From assembly GCA_964016885.1 (NCBI GenBank), contig OZ024749.1, positions 10,168,001 to 10,232,000 of the forward strand: a stretch of 64,000 bases of DNA. Reading direction: 5' to 3'. The notes under the pieces were generated by a model that was given only the letters and a program-made list of their open reading frames with translations, was not told the origin of the DNA and ran no database searches. The DNA comes from Eledone cirrhosa (lineage: Eukaryota). The first letter of the stretch is position 1, and every line of letters begins with the position of its first letter. The translations under genes were made by a program, and so were the position numbers. Positions 24,120-36,090 of the stretch are shown one piece after another.

Positions 24120-26086
24120 TATAGCGAAGAACTCGGTGTGTATGAAATGGGACAAGGAGACATGGTTTGTGTGTATAATATTTAATCAACAATTTAACAG
24201 TATAGTTAACATGTCAATGAATAAACGAAAGAATGAAGCAAAGTTAGTAGTTACCGTTTTGATTGCCAGGCAAACGCAGGCTGGCAGAAGACGCCTGGCG
24301 AAGGCCAGGCGCCGGAAGGGCTAATGAGAGGGAGAGAGGCGAAAGCTATTCGTTTTATAGGGCTCTGTCGGAAGTTACAGAAAGGGTTCTACTTCCCGTC
24401 TAGATGTTGTTAATCTATTGGGGTTGTGAGTCACAACAAGGGAGGCTACTGCTACATAACCTCCCGCCAGAATTTTAGAATATAAAAATCGAATGAAATA
24501 TGTAGCAAGTTGGCGAGAATGTTGTAACAGGCATGAAAATTACGACAAAAGAATGTTTGCAAAAATCAATGATAGATATCAAAGGTAGCCAACCGCTCTT
24601 GGCCAGAGAACGACTGGACATCTATCTATCCATCACCCAAAGATACAATGTAATAACGTAAGAGAAGAGCTCAAAGCTCAAATGTACAAAATATAGTTCA
24701 CAGGTGTGCAATCACATGACAGCAGGAAAGAAAGTGTGTTCCAAAGAATGAATGCAGGTGGTTTCTGTTCTGTGGTATATCGTGAAATTTCCAACCTCCG
24801 AATGGATTTTCTCACAGAAAGAGTGCTGCAAAAATAAATTCTCTGGATTGTTCTGCTGGTTTTGGTTGTTGGTGAAGCTGTGTTGCTGTTGATGTTGTTG
24901 TCTCGCTGAGTGAGCGTATTCGGTGTTTAAATTCACAGTAAAAAAAATTTTTTTCGGAAAAAATGAGTTGCGCAAAGTGCTAGAAATAACAGCCGAAGTT
25001 GATGGTCGATGTTGAGAATGCGTTGACCTGGAAGGGTCAAGATGCCAGCGACCAAAGAAATAAGCATTCTGAATAAATGCGCAGTTTTCAACGGCAAATT
25101 TACGTTGTAGATTTTTAAACCGGCAGATAGGAGAATATAGCTTAAGGCTGAAGAATCCTTGGCGAGAAACGTTATCTCTGGCGTGCGGCTATCTCTGTGA
25201 GTCGAGAATTTGTGCTGCCTACACGTGCCAATACAAGGTTAAGTTAGGTTTAAAAAAATAATATTTCTAACGCGTGAGAAATTGATAGTGCAAGTGTGAA
25301 AGTGACAATGATGAAAAAGAAAGGCTTCACTTAGCATAATTATTGGTGTGAACTTTGGAAAAAAAAAACTTGAACGATGAAGAAAACGATGAAAACAAAA
25401 GACAATGGTTCATCGAAAATAAATGTTCCTGTTGAAATGTTTTTAAAAAAATATCAAATTTCTTTTTTTTTTGAAAGTGTTCGTTGTAAGAAACGAGAAA
25501 CATATATATATATCGTGAAATGCGACAGTTAGTTGATGCGTGAGAGAAAAAGTCTGTCTGTGCGAAAATTTCACATGTGCGTGGTGTGTTCGTCTCTTTG
25601 ACTGAGTATTTTCATAGTTTGTCAATAAATTTGTTGTGTATTCGTAATGTTACTCACACAACACCAGATTCTGCTATTTTTTCTTTTTTCGGGGTGACCA
25701 CTTATAACAATGAACGGCTGCGTGTTGGTATCACGTCAGGGTTACCAATATAGTGAGATACTCTGGTGAGTATGAAATGGGACAAGGAGACATGGTTTGT
25801 GTGTATAATATTTAATCAACAATTTAACAGTATAGTTGACATGTCAATGAATAAACGAAAGAATGAAGCAAAGTTAGTAGTTACCGTTTTGATTGCCAGG
25901 CAAACGCAGGCAGGCAGAAGACGCCTGGCGAAGGCCAGGCGCCGGAAGGGCTAATGAGAGGGAGAGAGGCGAAAGCTATTCGTTTTATAGGGCTCTGTCG
26001 GAAGTTACAGAAAGGGTTCTACTTCCCGTCTAGATGTTGTTAATCTATTGGGGTTGTGAGTCACAACAAGGGAGGCTACTGCTACA
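24120..26086 (-). mobile_element. Small non-autonomous LTR retroelement (Gypsy-like/TRIM-like)
   Basis: LTRs at 24120-24456 and 25749-26086, near-identical, TGTAGC...CTATA on the minus strand. 4-bp TSD GGAG (24116-19, 26087-90). PBS TGGTAACCCTGACGTGAT and PPT-like GGCGGGAGG. No pol. Confidence 0.88.
25730..25747 (-). promoter_or_regulatory. Primer-binding site resembling the complement of the tRNA-Trp 3' end
   Basis: TGGTAACCCTGACGTGAT versus recalled tRNA-Trp PBS TGGTGACCCCGACGTGAT (2 differences), next to the LTR. Confidence 0.75.
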
Positions 26087-27721
26087 GGAGCAAAACTGAA
26101 CTCGGACGAGTTTGTCGGTTTACAACTCGGAACGTGGAGAGGCAAACCGATGCTGTCTGACAGCATCGTCCAACGCTGGATGGAAGGACCGGTGAAATTG
26201 CTTGGGGTCTGGTTCGGTCCAGACCTCCAGGTGGAGAAAAACTGGAATGAGGTCACAGCCAAGGTATTTGCGCTCACCCAAAAGTGGGCAGAGTGCAAAC
26301 TATCCTTGAAAGGTCGAGCGTGGTGAACACTTTTATAGCATCCGTCATCTACTACCGCTTGACTGTCGTGCCTTGTCCCCGTGAACACCTCACCAAGATG
26401 GAACGCATGCTCTTCCAGTTCCTTTGGAAAAAGCAGGCACCCCTGTTGAGGAGATCCGTCTGCTGTCAGCACCCTTCCAACGGAGGGCTGGGAATGCCGT
26501 GGCTGATGATGCGCAAACACGCGCTGAGGCTGCGGCATCTACAGGTATTCCTCACCGACCAACCGGTGTGGGCACCGTTTGTGAGACAGGCATTCCCGCA
26601 ACTTGTCTCGCTGGCGGGGCTGCAGTCCTGGGTCAAGCGGAGACCGAAGAAGATGGGCGCCTGGCACATTGAATGCGCTCAGGCGCTCACAGTCCTCGGT
26701 CAAGCGGGCACAGCAATCAGTGGAGACTCCATTTCATCATTCTATAGAGGGTTAGTACGTCACAAGGGCGACGACGTGCTCGGAGAGACTCTAGGCATCG
26801 AAGACAACGAACTCACCAGTCTGTTTGGTAGGACTTTCCGCCGGGGACCTATGGACAACTTCCAGAGGTGCCTGGCCTGGCAGTGCTACCGAGGAGCTCT
26901 GCCAGTTCGAGACAAGATCTACAGGCACGGACGCCTCGGCAAGTATCCTTCCTTCCAAGAGGAGATGTCCAAGATGCGGGCAGGACATTGAAACTGACTT
27001 GCACGCAATTGTACACTGCCCGGGCGTAACCGACCTGTGAAACTACGCAGAACAACTGCTGTTGCGTATGGGACAAATCCAGTTGACTGCCGAGTCCATA
27101 GTAAGGATCAAACCGCCAACTTCTTTCAAAAACGGAAGAGAGGCGGTTTTCCTCTGTATAGTGGCTATGGTGAAAGAGGTTATATGGTGGACGAGATTGA
27201 GAGGACTGAGGACAGATGCCTTTCTCTCCGGACAACAACTCATTCCCTTCTTCAGGTTCCACTTTAGAAGGAGAATCAGAGTGGAGAGAGAGGCACTTCA
27301 CCCCAGTAAATTTACTGAAAGGTGGGTGAATGTGGCAAAAATGGCCCGTGTAATTGGGCCTTCTCTGTATATAAACCTGTAGGTTGAAGAAGAGAGCAAA
27401 AGGAAGAAAGGAACACTTGCATAACCCGCTCCTGAAGTTGTGGCACCTCCCCCCTATTGGGGATTCCGATTGTTAAATTTGTTTGTTTCAATATTTTTAC
27501 ACGATTGTATGTAAAATCCCCGGCATGTGTCCTTGTTTTGTCCACTTTTCTTGTGCGCCCTTGAGGCTAATAAAGAAACATATCTATCTATCTATCTATC
27601 TCTGTGTCTATTTTTTCTTATAGTTGTGGTGTTTTGTGTGGGTAGATAGGTGTTGGTAGTAGTAAAAGGGATGATAGTAGTATTTGATGTGGGGGAGGGG
27701 GGCAGTATTATTTTTAGCAGT

Positions 27722-27900
27722 ATTGGTAGTGTCAGACAACATACTTTGTGGCATAGAGTTCCGGCCCTTTATGTTCTGGCTCAATTCCCACCAAGGTTAG
27801 CTTTGTTGTTCATCCTTACGGAGTCGATAAAATAAAGTACCAGTTATACACTAGGGTCGATTTAATTGATTTCCTCTTCCCAAAAATTGTTGGCCTTTGG
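27722..27900 (+). mobile_element. Diverged tRNA-SINE copy
   Basis: CATCCTTACGGAGTCGATAAAATAAAGTACCAG core with a degenerate tRNA head. Confidence 0.7.
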
Positions 27901-27983
27901 AGTGGAGAATGGGTGGGGGAGAACCCAAAGTAAATGCTGTCAGGGTGTTTTTTTAACCAAGGCCCACCCCACAGGTTTTGCAT

Positions 27984-28125
27984 CACCACCACCACTAACA
28001 CCACTACCACCAGCATCGCCACCACCACCGCCACCACCACTACCACCCCCACCCCCACCATCACAACCACCACCACCACCACCATCGCCACCATCATCAC
28101 CACCACCACCACCACCACCACCACA
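27984..28125. repeat. (CAC)n microsatellite
   Basis: Directly visible. Confidence 0.95.
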
Positions 28126-28189
28126 ACTCTACCTTTCGTTACATTTTTAATTACATCTGAACTATAAGTAAGGAAAATGTTTAAGTATT

Positions 28190-28282
28190 AACTTTGCCTT
28201 TCATCCTTACGGGGTCGATAAAATAAAGTACCAGTAATGCACTGGGGTAATTGCTAGCCTTGTGCCAAAAGTAGAAAGAATG
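28190..28282 (+). mobile_element. Partial tRNA-SINE copy
   Basis: Core GCCTTTCATCCTTACGGGGTCGATAAAATAAAGTACCAG. Confidence 0.8.
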
Positions 28283-29004
28283 ATTAAAATCTAGGATACT
28301 GAGGTGAACACGTAACAATCACATCAGGCTTATCTGGTTTCTCGAGATATGAGTAAAGCGGACATAAGCAGACCTGACCAGTATTCCATATCTTATATAA
28401 TAGATCGACAGAAGAGGGGACTTACTGGAATTGATAATTACACTCTTACTTTCTGTAGAGATAAAACCACTATTCTTCTTTTTCTTACTCTCCCCACCCC
28501 CTCTCTCTCTTTCTCTAGCCCTCTCTCTCTCTCTCTCTCTCTTTTTCTCTTCTCTCTCAACTTCTTTTACTCTATTTTTAACTGCTTCTCTCTCTCTCAC
28601 TCTCTTCATCACTCCCTTCCCCTCTTTCTTTCAATCGCCCTTTTACTCTCTCTCTCTCTTTCTCTAAATAATATAATATAATTCGATTCTCAACCTGTAC
28701 ACCAAGTCCCTTAATACTGCTAGACTGTTTTCCTTGTAATATCACATACACCATAGCTGTCTTATTATCTCCCCTTGATTGTAGCTCATCATGTCCTTGA
28801 ATATAGCGTAATGCACCACATCTCTCTCTTACATTATAGCTAAACACATCATGTCCATAATTGTACTTTACACTATATCATTGATTAGAGTTAAACTCAC
28901 CATGTCTTTGAATGAAGCACCACAACTTTCTCCTTAAGTAAAATTAAACACATGTTGTCCTTCAAAATAGCTAAACACCATATCCTCATGGAATACAACT
29001 AACT

Positions 29005-29216
29005 CCATCATATCCTCTTTAAAGACAGTTAACCCTGTCATGTCCTATTTAAAGACAGTTAACCCTGTCATGTCCTCTTTAAAGACAGTTATCCCTCTCA
29101 TGTCCTCTTTAAAGACAGTTAACCCTATCATGTCCTCTTTAAAGACAGTTAACCCTCTCATGTCCTCTTTGAAGACAGTTAACCCTATCATTTCTTCTTC
29201 AAAAATAATTAACCCC
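29005..29216. repeat. 30-bp minisatellite (CATGTCCTCTTTAAAGACAGTTAACCCTNT, ~7 copies)
   Basis: Visible tandem copies, with more degenerate copies upstream to ~28780. Confidence 0.92.
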
Positions 29217-29539
29217 CACCAGATCAGACTAAAGAAACTATTTTAATTGATATATCTTTTACTATCTACTGGTCACATCTTGCAGATATTATAAACCTAC
29301 ATAATATTCTTTGATTAAAACATCATTAACTAACGTTGTTTTATTCTGTACTTCTATACTCCTTGTATTAAGGTTGTTTGTCCATCATGGCATTTCAGTG
29401 TCGTAGAAATGCTTAGCGGTCCTCATTTTCTCTTCAAGTGTCCATTCCTTCATTAAGTTTAGCCTGCCAGCATTCAACAGTGACCAGGGTATAGCCAAAA
29501 GGCTACGGAGCCAAAAATGTAAGTCAGGCGAGAACCAGT

Positions 29540-29750
29540 GTACCTGTCCATTTCTAAGAATGTCACTGCCAGACAGCAAGGTATTCTCTCTACCTAAACA
29601 CCGCTCTCTAAATCCATCCTTCAGGAGACAGTCAAGGGAGGGCCAAAAAGGGTCAGACAGAAAATCCTGGTCCGACAACATCAAAGACTGGGCAGGTTAC
29701 AACACTGAGACCTTTCTATGTATGATGGAGAATAGAGACCAGTAGCGACG
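29540..29750 (+). mobile_element. Decayed LINE ORF2 C-terminus (RTE-like)
   Basis: Fragments KHRSL...RKSWSDNIKDWAG resemble the conserved LINE 3' end. Confidence 0.5.
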
Positions 29751-29759
29751 GCTGACTAT

Positions 29760-29876
29760 TAGTTACGTCCCTTTACGATCTGAGTTCAAATCCCGCCGAG
29801 GTTGATTTTGCCTTTCATCCTTACGGGGTCGATAAAATAAAGTACCAGTAATTGCTGGTCTAAAGTAGAAACAATT
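29760..29876 (+). mobile_element. Partial tRNA-SINE copy
   Basis: B box GAGTTCAAATCC plus the SINE core. Confidence 0.8.
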
Positions 29877-30124
29877 AAGTATATGAACACTAACTTAACT
29901 AGAGTTCATTGTGCTGATGTCATCTCTCACTTATCTAGCTAGATAACCCTCTCAATATAAAGACACTTAAGTTTACGCTACCCTCACTTTCCACACAAAA
30001 ACTAATCAACAATTTCAATACATAGCCTACTTTAAAGACTGACAACTTAAAATTATGTTTAACTCTCACCTTCATAATTGAAAGGGTCGCGTTCACCCCC
30101 ACCGCACCTAAGTTCGTCTTCACC

Positions 30125-30657
30125 CCCACCGCCGCCAGTATCACCACCACAGTAGCAACACACAAGTCCTTTCTCCCTCTCATGTCCACCACCAACACCT
30201 TCAACACAACACCACACCACACAAGTAATTTCCTCTCAAGTCCGCCGCCGCCGTCACCACCACCACCACCACCACCACAACTACCACCACCGCCATCACC
30301 ACTGCCACCACCACCACCACCACCGCCGTCACCACTGCCTCCACCACCACTGCCTCCACCAACACCACCACCGCCACCAATACCACCACAGCCGGCACCA
30401 CTGCCTCCACCAACACCACCATCACCACTACCACTACCACCACCACCACCACCACTACCACATCCGTCACCACTGCCTCCACCACCACCACCACCACTAC
30501 CACAGCCGTCACTACTGCCTCCACCAACACCACCACTACCACCGCCACCACCACTACCACCACCACCACCACCGCCACCACCACCACTACCACAGCCGTC
30601 ACTACTACTGTGACGTCTTAATACTGTCCTCATTTTTTTATGTTTTCCTTGCATTCT

Positions 30658-30716
<59 letters not shown>

Positions 30717-30820
30717 TACACATACACATACATACACACACACACACATATATATGTCGTAAATGAATTAAATGATTTAATATAAATTCTTGCTATATAT
30801 ATATATATATATATATATAT
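30125..30820. repeat. Compound microsatellite (CAC)n, (CA)n/(CATA)n, (TA)n
   Basis: Directly visible; the source of the poly-Pro/Gly/Val ORFs. Confidence 0.95.
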
Positions 30821-30894
30821 AACCAAAGATTAATATGGTTCATTGATTACTCAATGAATATACTGAAAAGACTGCGGAATCTGCTACCCATGAA

Positions 30895-31338
30895 GTGATT
30901 GCCATTGGGGTACCAGAGGACAAGGCTGATCTTCAGGCATTTGTTGCCAGCTCAGCCAAAGACCTAGGCTGTGTTCCCCCAAAGGGTGCCCTCCGCCTTG
31001 GTCGACCTGGTCCAAAACCCAGACTCATCAGGCTGTCTTTCTCGGACCCCGCAGAGGCAACCTCATACCATCTGGCCTCTGCTAAAGCTGGGCGTGAAAA
31101 TCGGATTACCTTCCGAACACGCCCAGGCCTACCACCCCATGTACGTCCAAAACTACGTGCTGCAGCTTCCTTGAATCGGAACTCAGCACAAGATGAAAGT
31201 TTCAGTCTGCGTGATGATGGGCAGATCTGGAGGTTTGTCAAGGCTGGTGAAACGTGGAAGAGAGATACCAGCTGGTCTGAGTGTGATCTACCCGCAATAA
31301 CTGGCAATGTAAAAACTGCTACAACTCTGGGAAACTAA
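30895..31338 (+). CDS. LINE ORF1 C-terminal portion (RRM-like, RLG...PR.IRLSF)
   Basis: Lies immediately upstream of the APE. IGVPE and RLGRPGPKPRLIRLSF resemble CR1/L2 ORF1. Confidence 0.6.
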   Translation: MIAIGVPEDKADLQAFVASSAKDLGCVPPKGALRLGRPGPKPRLIRLSFSDPAEATSYHLASAKAGRENRITFRTRPGLPPHVRPKLRAAASLNRNSAQDESFSLRDDGQIWRFVKAGETWKRDTSWSECDLPAITGNVKTATTLGN

Positions 31339-31389
31339 ACCAGAACAACCTGCCACCCTCTACACACCATCATAAACTGCGAGCAGGGT

Positions 31390-34152
31390 ACAAATTGTTG
31401 TCCTTAAATGCTCGCAGTTTATGAAACAAGATACATCTGTTCGAATCCTACGTCAGAAGCATCGACCCTGACTTCATCACAGTCACGGAAACATGGACAC
31501 ATTCCTTACTCTGTGATGGGGTTTTCACCATTACTGGGTACAACCTTTTCCGCAAGGACCGCATTAACCGCCGTGGTGGTGGTGTGATGGTCTACGTTCG
31601 TTCAAACTTTTCGGTAATTCCTTGCTTTGATTTGAACGATTCACAGGAAGAAGTTTTTTTCTGTGACATACGTATGACCATGTCAACACTTCTGCTTGGT
31701 GTTGTTTATCGACCCCCAAACTACCATCAGGACACACAGCTTTGCGATATCCTCAGAGTTGCTGCCAAGAAAACAGCCACTTATGTGTTTATTGCAGGTG
31801 ACTTCAATCATCCTGAGATCGATTGGGAAACCTTTCGTTGGCCACAGGGTGCAAACGATTTCCTTGAACTAGTGCTGGACTCAAACTGGTCACAAGTAGT
31901 CACCTCTCCAACAAGAGGTGACAACACTTTGGACCTGATCTTCACCACTACTCCTGAAGTGGTTATCAGTTGTACTACCTCTAGGCGACTCTGATCATGC
32001 TATGATCATTGCCAATCTGGCACTTGAGGGCAGCAACAAAAACAAGGGCCATCTCCAATCTGCTTGCTTTGATTGGAAGAGGGCGGATTGGAACTTGTAC
32101 TGCACTGAGCTACAGCGCCCAAACTGGCATGAGATGTATAACTCTGGAGATGTGAACTCTATACTCCAGAGCATCCTGGACTCAATATGGATAGCGTGTG
32201 CAGCATCAGTGCCACGGAAGCGGAAAAATAACCACCCCAAAAGTGCAATCTGGGAAACTTCAGCGGTTCGACTTGCCAGGAAAGAACGTCGGAACGCTGA
32301 ACGGGAATATAAACTGCATAGATCAGATGCCAACAGAAAAAAGCGGAATAAATCTTCTAACCATCTCAAGCAAGTGACAAAGAAGGCAGTGCTTGAATTT
32401 GAACAGTGCATCGCAACCAATCCTGACAGTAAGGTGTTCTGGAAATATGTTCATTCAAAGCAGAGACCTCACTCTCCAGTTGGTCCTCTTCGCAATCCCC
32501 ACACAAGCCAGATCACTGACGATCCCAAGGAATGCGCAGAACTCATTGCTGAGTGCTATGCAAGTATTTTTACTGTTGAAGACCAGAATGTACCATCTCC
32601 ACCATCTCTAACATCAAATTCCATAACAACTATGGAATTTACACCTGCAATGTTGCGACGTCACCTTAAGAATAAGCGCAACTATGCCTCCCCTGGTCTT
32701 GAAGGTGTGACATACCTGCTTCTCAAACGTGGCGGGGATTTCCTTTTGCGCCAGCTTTCTTTTTTCTTTCAATACTGTCTCAGCAATGGTGCTACTCCGG
32801 AGCAGTGGAAAACTGCCAGTGTCATTCCCCTGTTCAAAAAGGGCAACCGCATGTCACCTGTCAACTATCGTCCAGTCAGTCTTACTAACTGTATGGCCAA
32901 ACTGATGGAATCCTGTGTCAGAGAAACACTTTGGAACTTCTGGAGCTCTCACAGCCTCATCCGGCCCTCACAGTTTGGATTTATCCCTAACTCCAGCTGC
33001 TGTGATCAGCTTATCGAGTTTCTTGAGGACATCACCCGGATCACTGACAGCGGCTCATGGGTGGATGTTGTTTACCTTGACTTTGCTAAGGCTTTTAATT
33101 CTGTGCCACACAAAAGACTTATGGCAAAACTCTCTGCAATGGGTGTGAGGGATGATCTTTTCGACTGGCTGAAATCCTTCATTCTCAGCCGAAAGGAAGT
33201 AGTCACGGTTCTAGGACAGCATTCTTCACCATATGAGATGTCATCTGGTGTACCACAGGGATCTGTTCTTGGTCCTCTTTTGTTTGTGGCATATATTAAT
33301 GACATAGATGCCAACTTACAGAATGCCACGGTACTAAAATATGCAGATGACATCAAGCTGTACCTTGAAATCAAAAGGACTGATCCTGAAATTTACAACT
33401 CTTTCCTACAATCAGACCTGGACACAATGCAGCAATTGATCACAGACTGGCAACTGAAGCTGGCTGTGGACAAGTGTACCACCATGCATTTTGGAAGGAA
33501 AAATCCAGCGTCCACATACTCCCTCCACAACACTGACATCAAAAAGTCCTCTTGTGAACGTGACCTGGGCATTACTGTCAGCAACGATTTGCGTTGGACA
33601 AAGCATGTCTCTAAGATTGTCAAGAAGGCCGAGGGTGTCTTGGCATCACTCAGCAAGACCTTTGTTAGCCGCTCTCCAGCCATCTATTTAAAACTGTATA
33701 CAGCTATGGTGCGACCACACTTGGAATTCGCATCATCAGTCTGGAACCCCTATCTTGCTCGGAACATTGACCTCCTGGAAACTGTTCAGAGACGTGCAAC
33801 CAAGCGCATACCCTCCATCAGACACCTACCATACTCTGAACGCCTTGCTTCCCTGGGCATGGATTCATTGAAGCTCCGACGTCTGGCAATGGACTTGGTG
33901 AATACCCACAAAGTTTTTAACCATCTCGCCAACTGCAACCCTGAGCGCCTCTTTGATCTCCATGTGTCTAACACACGTGGACATGCCTACAAGATAAGAA
34001 AACAGCACAGCTCCCATGACTTTCGCAGACATTTTTTCACGCTCAGAGTTGCTGAAGCATGGAACAAACTGCCTGCGTCAATTGTTAGCTGCCGAGACAC
34101 TGCATCCTTTAAGACACTCATGCTTCCCAAAATACGCCAAAACTACACCTGA
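31390..34152 (+). pseudogene. CR1-type ORF2 (APE + reverse transcriptase), disrupted by a stop (~31422) and a frameshift (~31980)
   Basis: The APE frame (31584-31994) shifts to the 32002-34152 frame at LGDSDH. The 716-aa RT segment is uninterrupted. Confidence 0.9.
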
Positions 34153-34537
34153 TGTACCCCTTCCATACACATGCACACATGTGTGTATCATGACTCGTGC
34201 ACTGTTCATTTTACTGATGTTTGTGCATTGCCCTATGTACTGTACATGCACTTTTTTGATGAGTTGTGGTGCACCTGGGCACTGTGCACAATATTTCGTT
34301 ATTGTTATTATATCATGACTCATACACTGTTTATTTTCCTGACATTTGTACATTATTCTATGTACTATACATGCACCTTTGATGAGTTGTAGTGCACCTG
34401 AGCACTGTACACAATAATTTCATTATTATTTATTTATAGTTTTACAATAGATTAAAAGCACTCTACAATGAAGTTTTTGAAGTTATTATTATTCAGAATA
34501 ATAATAAATGAAGACGTTAACATAATCAAAATATATG

Positions 34538-34599
34538 TTTTATGATATATATTTCGAAGGTACTGTGCTGTTTTTCCAGTACGTCCTCATCAGCTAAAA
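34538..34599 (-). ncRNA. Type I hammerhead ribozyme (left-arm copy)
   Basis: Minus strand: TTTTAG CTGATGA GGACGTACTG...CAGTACCTTC GAAA TATATA TC^ ATAAAA. One mismatch at the base of stem I. Confidence 0.7.
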
Positions 34600-34903
34600 T
34601 ACATGAATTGATGTATGACATACCTCAACTGTCTTAATGGTTCAATTCCAGTATTGGAAAACTGCCAGTGTCATTCCCCTGTTCAAAAAGGGCGACTGCA
34701 CGTCACCTGTCAACTATCGTTCAGTCAGTCTTACTAGCTGTATTGCCAAACTGATGGAATCCTGTGTCTGATGTATGACATACCTCAACGGTCTTGATAG
34801 TTCAATTCCAGTATTGGCCCTTTTTGAACAGGGGAATGACACTGGCAGTTTTCCAATACTGGAATTGAACTATCAAGACAGTTGAGGTATGTCAATTCAT
34901 GTA

Positions 34904-34965
34904 TTTTATCTGATGAGGACGTACTGAAAAAACAGCACAGTACCTTCGAAATATATATCATAAAA
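34904..34965 (+). ncRNA. Type I hammerhead ribozyme (right-arm copy)
   Basis: TTTTAT CTGATGA GGA-C-GTACTG [11-nt loop] CAGTAC-C-TTC GAAA TATATA TC^ ATAAAA. Stem I 6 bp, palindromic stem III. Confidence 0.8.
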
Positions 34966-35009
34966 CATATATTTTGATTATGTTAACGTCTTCATTTATT
35001 ATTATTCTG

Positions 35010-35065
<56 letters not shown>

Positions 35066-35165
35066 GTGGGGTTTTTTTTTAACAAAATGAAAAATAACCG
35101 AGGTGTCCTACACGAGTGAAAGTATAAAGAAAAAGGGATGAAATCGAAAATGCAACTGGAAAGAT

Positions 35166-35348
35166 AATTGTTTCTACTTTAGGCACAAGGCCAGCAATTA
35201 CCCAGTGCATTACTGGTACTTTATTTTATCGACCCCGTAAGGATGAAAGGCAAAGTCAACCTCGGCGGGATTTGAACTCAGATCGTAAAGGGACATAACT
35301 ATGCTGGAAAGCATGGCGTCCGACCCTCTACCGATACTGCCAATCCAC
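35166..35348 (-). mobile_element. Full tRNA-SINE copy
   Basis: Reverse complement of 35808-35990, with A and B boxes. Confidence 0.85.
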
Positions 35349-35807
35349 CGCCAATCCACTGCAACTGGAAAGATAATGGTCAAGAGAAAGGGATGGGAGA
35401 ATTGTTCTGGTTCAGTGAATATGGTTAGTTCGCTGGGGTGTCAGAATTCAGATTTTCTATTGAATAAAGAAAGTAAAGATATGTATGTTTATTTGTGTGC
35501 TTGTGTGTGTGTGTGTTGTGTGTGTGTGTGTTTGAATTTCTTTACTTAGAAAAAAGGTGGCTCACGAAGGCTTTTTTTAAATAAACGTGATTTGATTGGT
35601 TATAAATGAAATTTGGCTGTCACGTGAACAAGTTTTCATTACATTTTTGTGCCCTTATTTGTAAATCTATTCTGTAGCCTTTATAGAGAATGTTATGACA
35701 AGGGAAAGATAGCGGTCAATAGAAAATCTGAATTCTGACACCCCAGCGAACTAACCATATTCACTGAACCAGAACAATTCTCCCATCACTTTCTCTTGAC
35801 CATTATG

Positions 35808-36090
35808 TGGATTGGCAGTATCGGTAGAGGGTCGGACGCCATGCTTTCCAGCATAGTTACGTCCCTTTACGATCTGAGTTCAAATCCCGCCGAGGTTGAC
35901 TTTGCCTTTCATCCTTACGGGGTCGATAAAATAAAGTACCAGTAATGCACTGGATAATTGCTGGCCTTGTGCCTAAAGTAGAAACAATTATCTTTCACTT
36001 TGCCTTTCATCCTTACGGGGTCGATAAAATAAAGTGCCAGTAATACACTGGGTAATTGCTGGCCTTGTGCCTAACGTAGAAACAATTATC
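35808..36090 (+). mobile_element. tRNA-SINE plus tandem partial copy
   Basis: A box TGGCAGTATCGG, B box GAGTTCAAATCC. The core is repeated at 35998-36090. Confidence 0.85.

Larger units (their letters stand above)
23943..27580 (+). mobile_element. 5'-truncated L1/Tx1-clade LINE ORF2 (RT to C-terminal zinc knuckle), frameshifted and split by an LTR element
   Basis: LYVLTLEPLLRKL...SAYADDVTV...YERLTG (23943-24119) continues as AKLNSDE...VKLLGVWFG at 26090. CPRCGQDIETDLHAIVHC near 26967. AATAAA just before a (TATC)n flank. Confidence 0.88.
30851..34430 (+). mobile_element. Near full-length CR1-clade LINE (ORF1 part, APE, RT, 3'UTR)
   Basis: ORF1-like 30895-31338. APE motifs LNARSL*, VTETW, VYRPP, GDFNHP, LDL, SDH. 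RT motifs QFGF, YLDFAKAF, SGVPQGSVLGPLLF, YADD. The 3'UTR is internally duplicated and ends in (ATT)n. Confidence 0.95.
34487..35016. repeat. Inverted repeat (~200-bp arms, 34487-34693 and 34817-35016), each arm holding a hammerhead plus CR1 ORF2 sequence
   Basis: Arms are reverse complements with few differences. 34655-34768 matches 32806-32919. Followed by (TA)n. Confidence 0.92.

Noticed and set aside
25148-25180. CTGAAGA...GAAACGTT hammerhead candidate inside the LTR element
   Set aside because: Stems I and II cannot be paired convincingly.
29935-30747. Gly-rich or Pro-rich (extensin/formin-like) ORFs
   Set aside because: Microsatellite translations with no domain or splice evidence.
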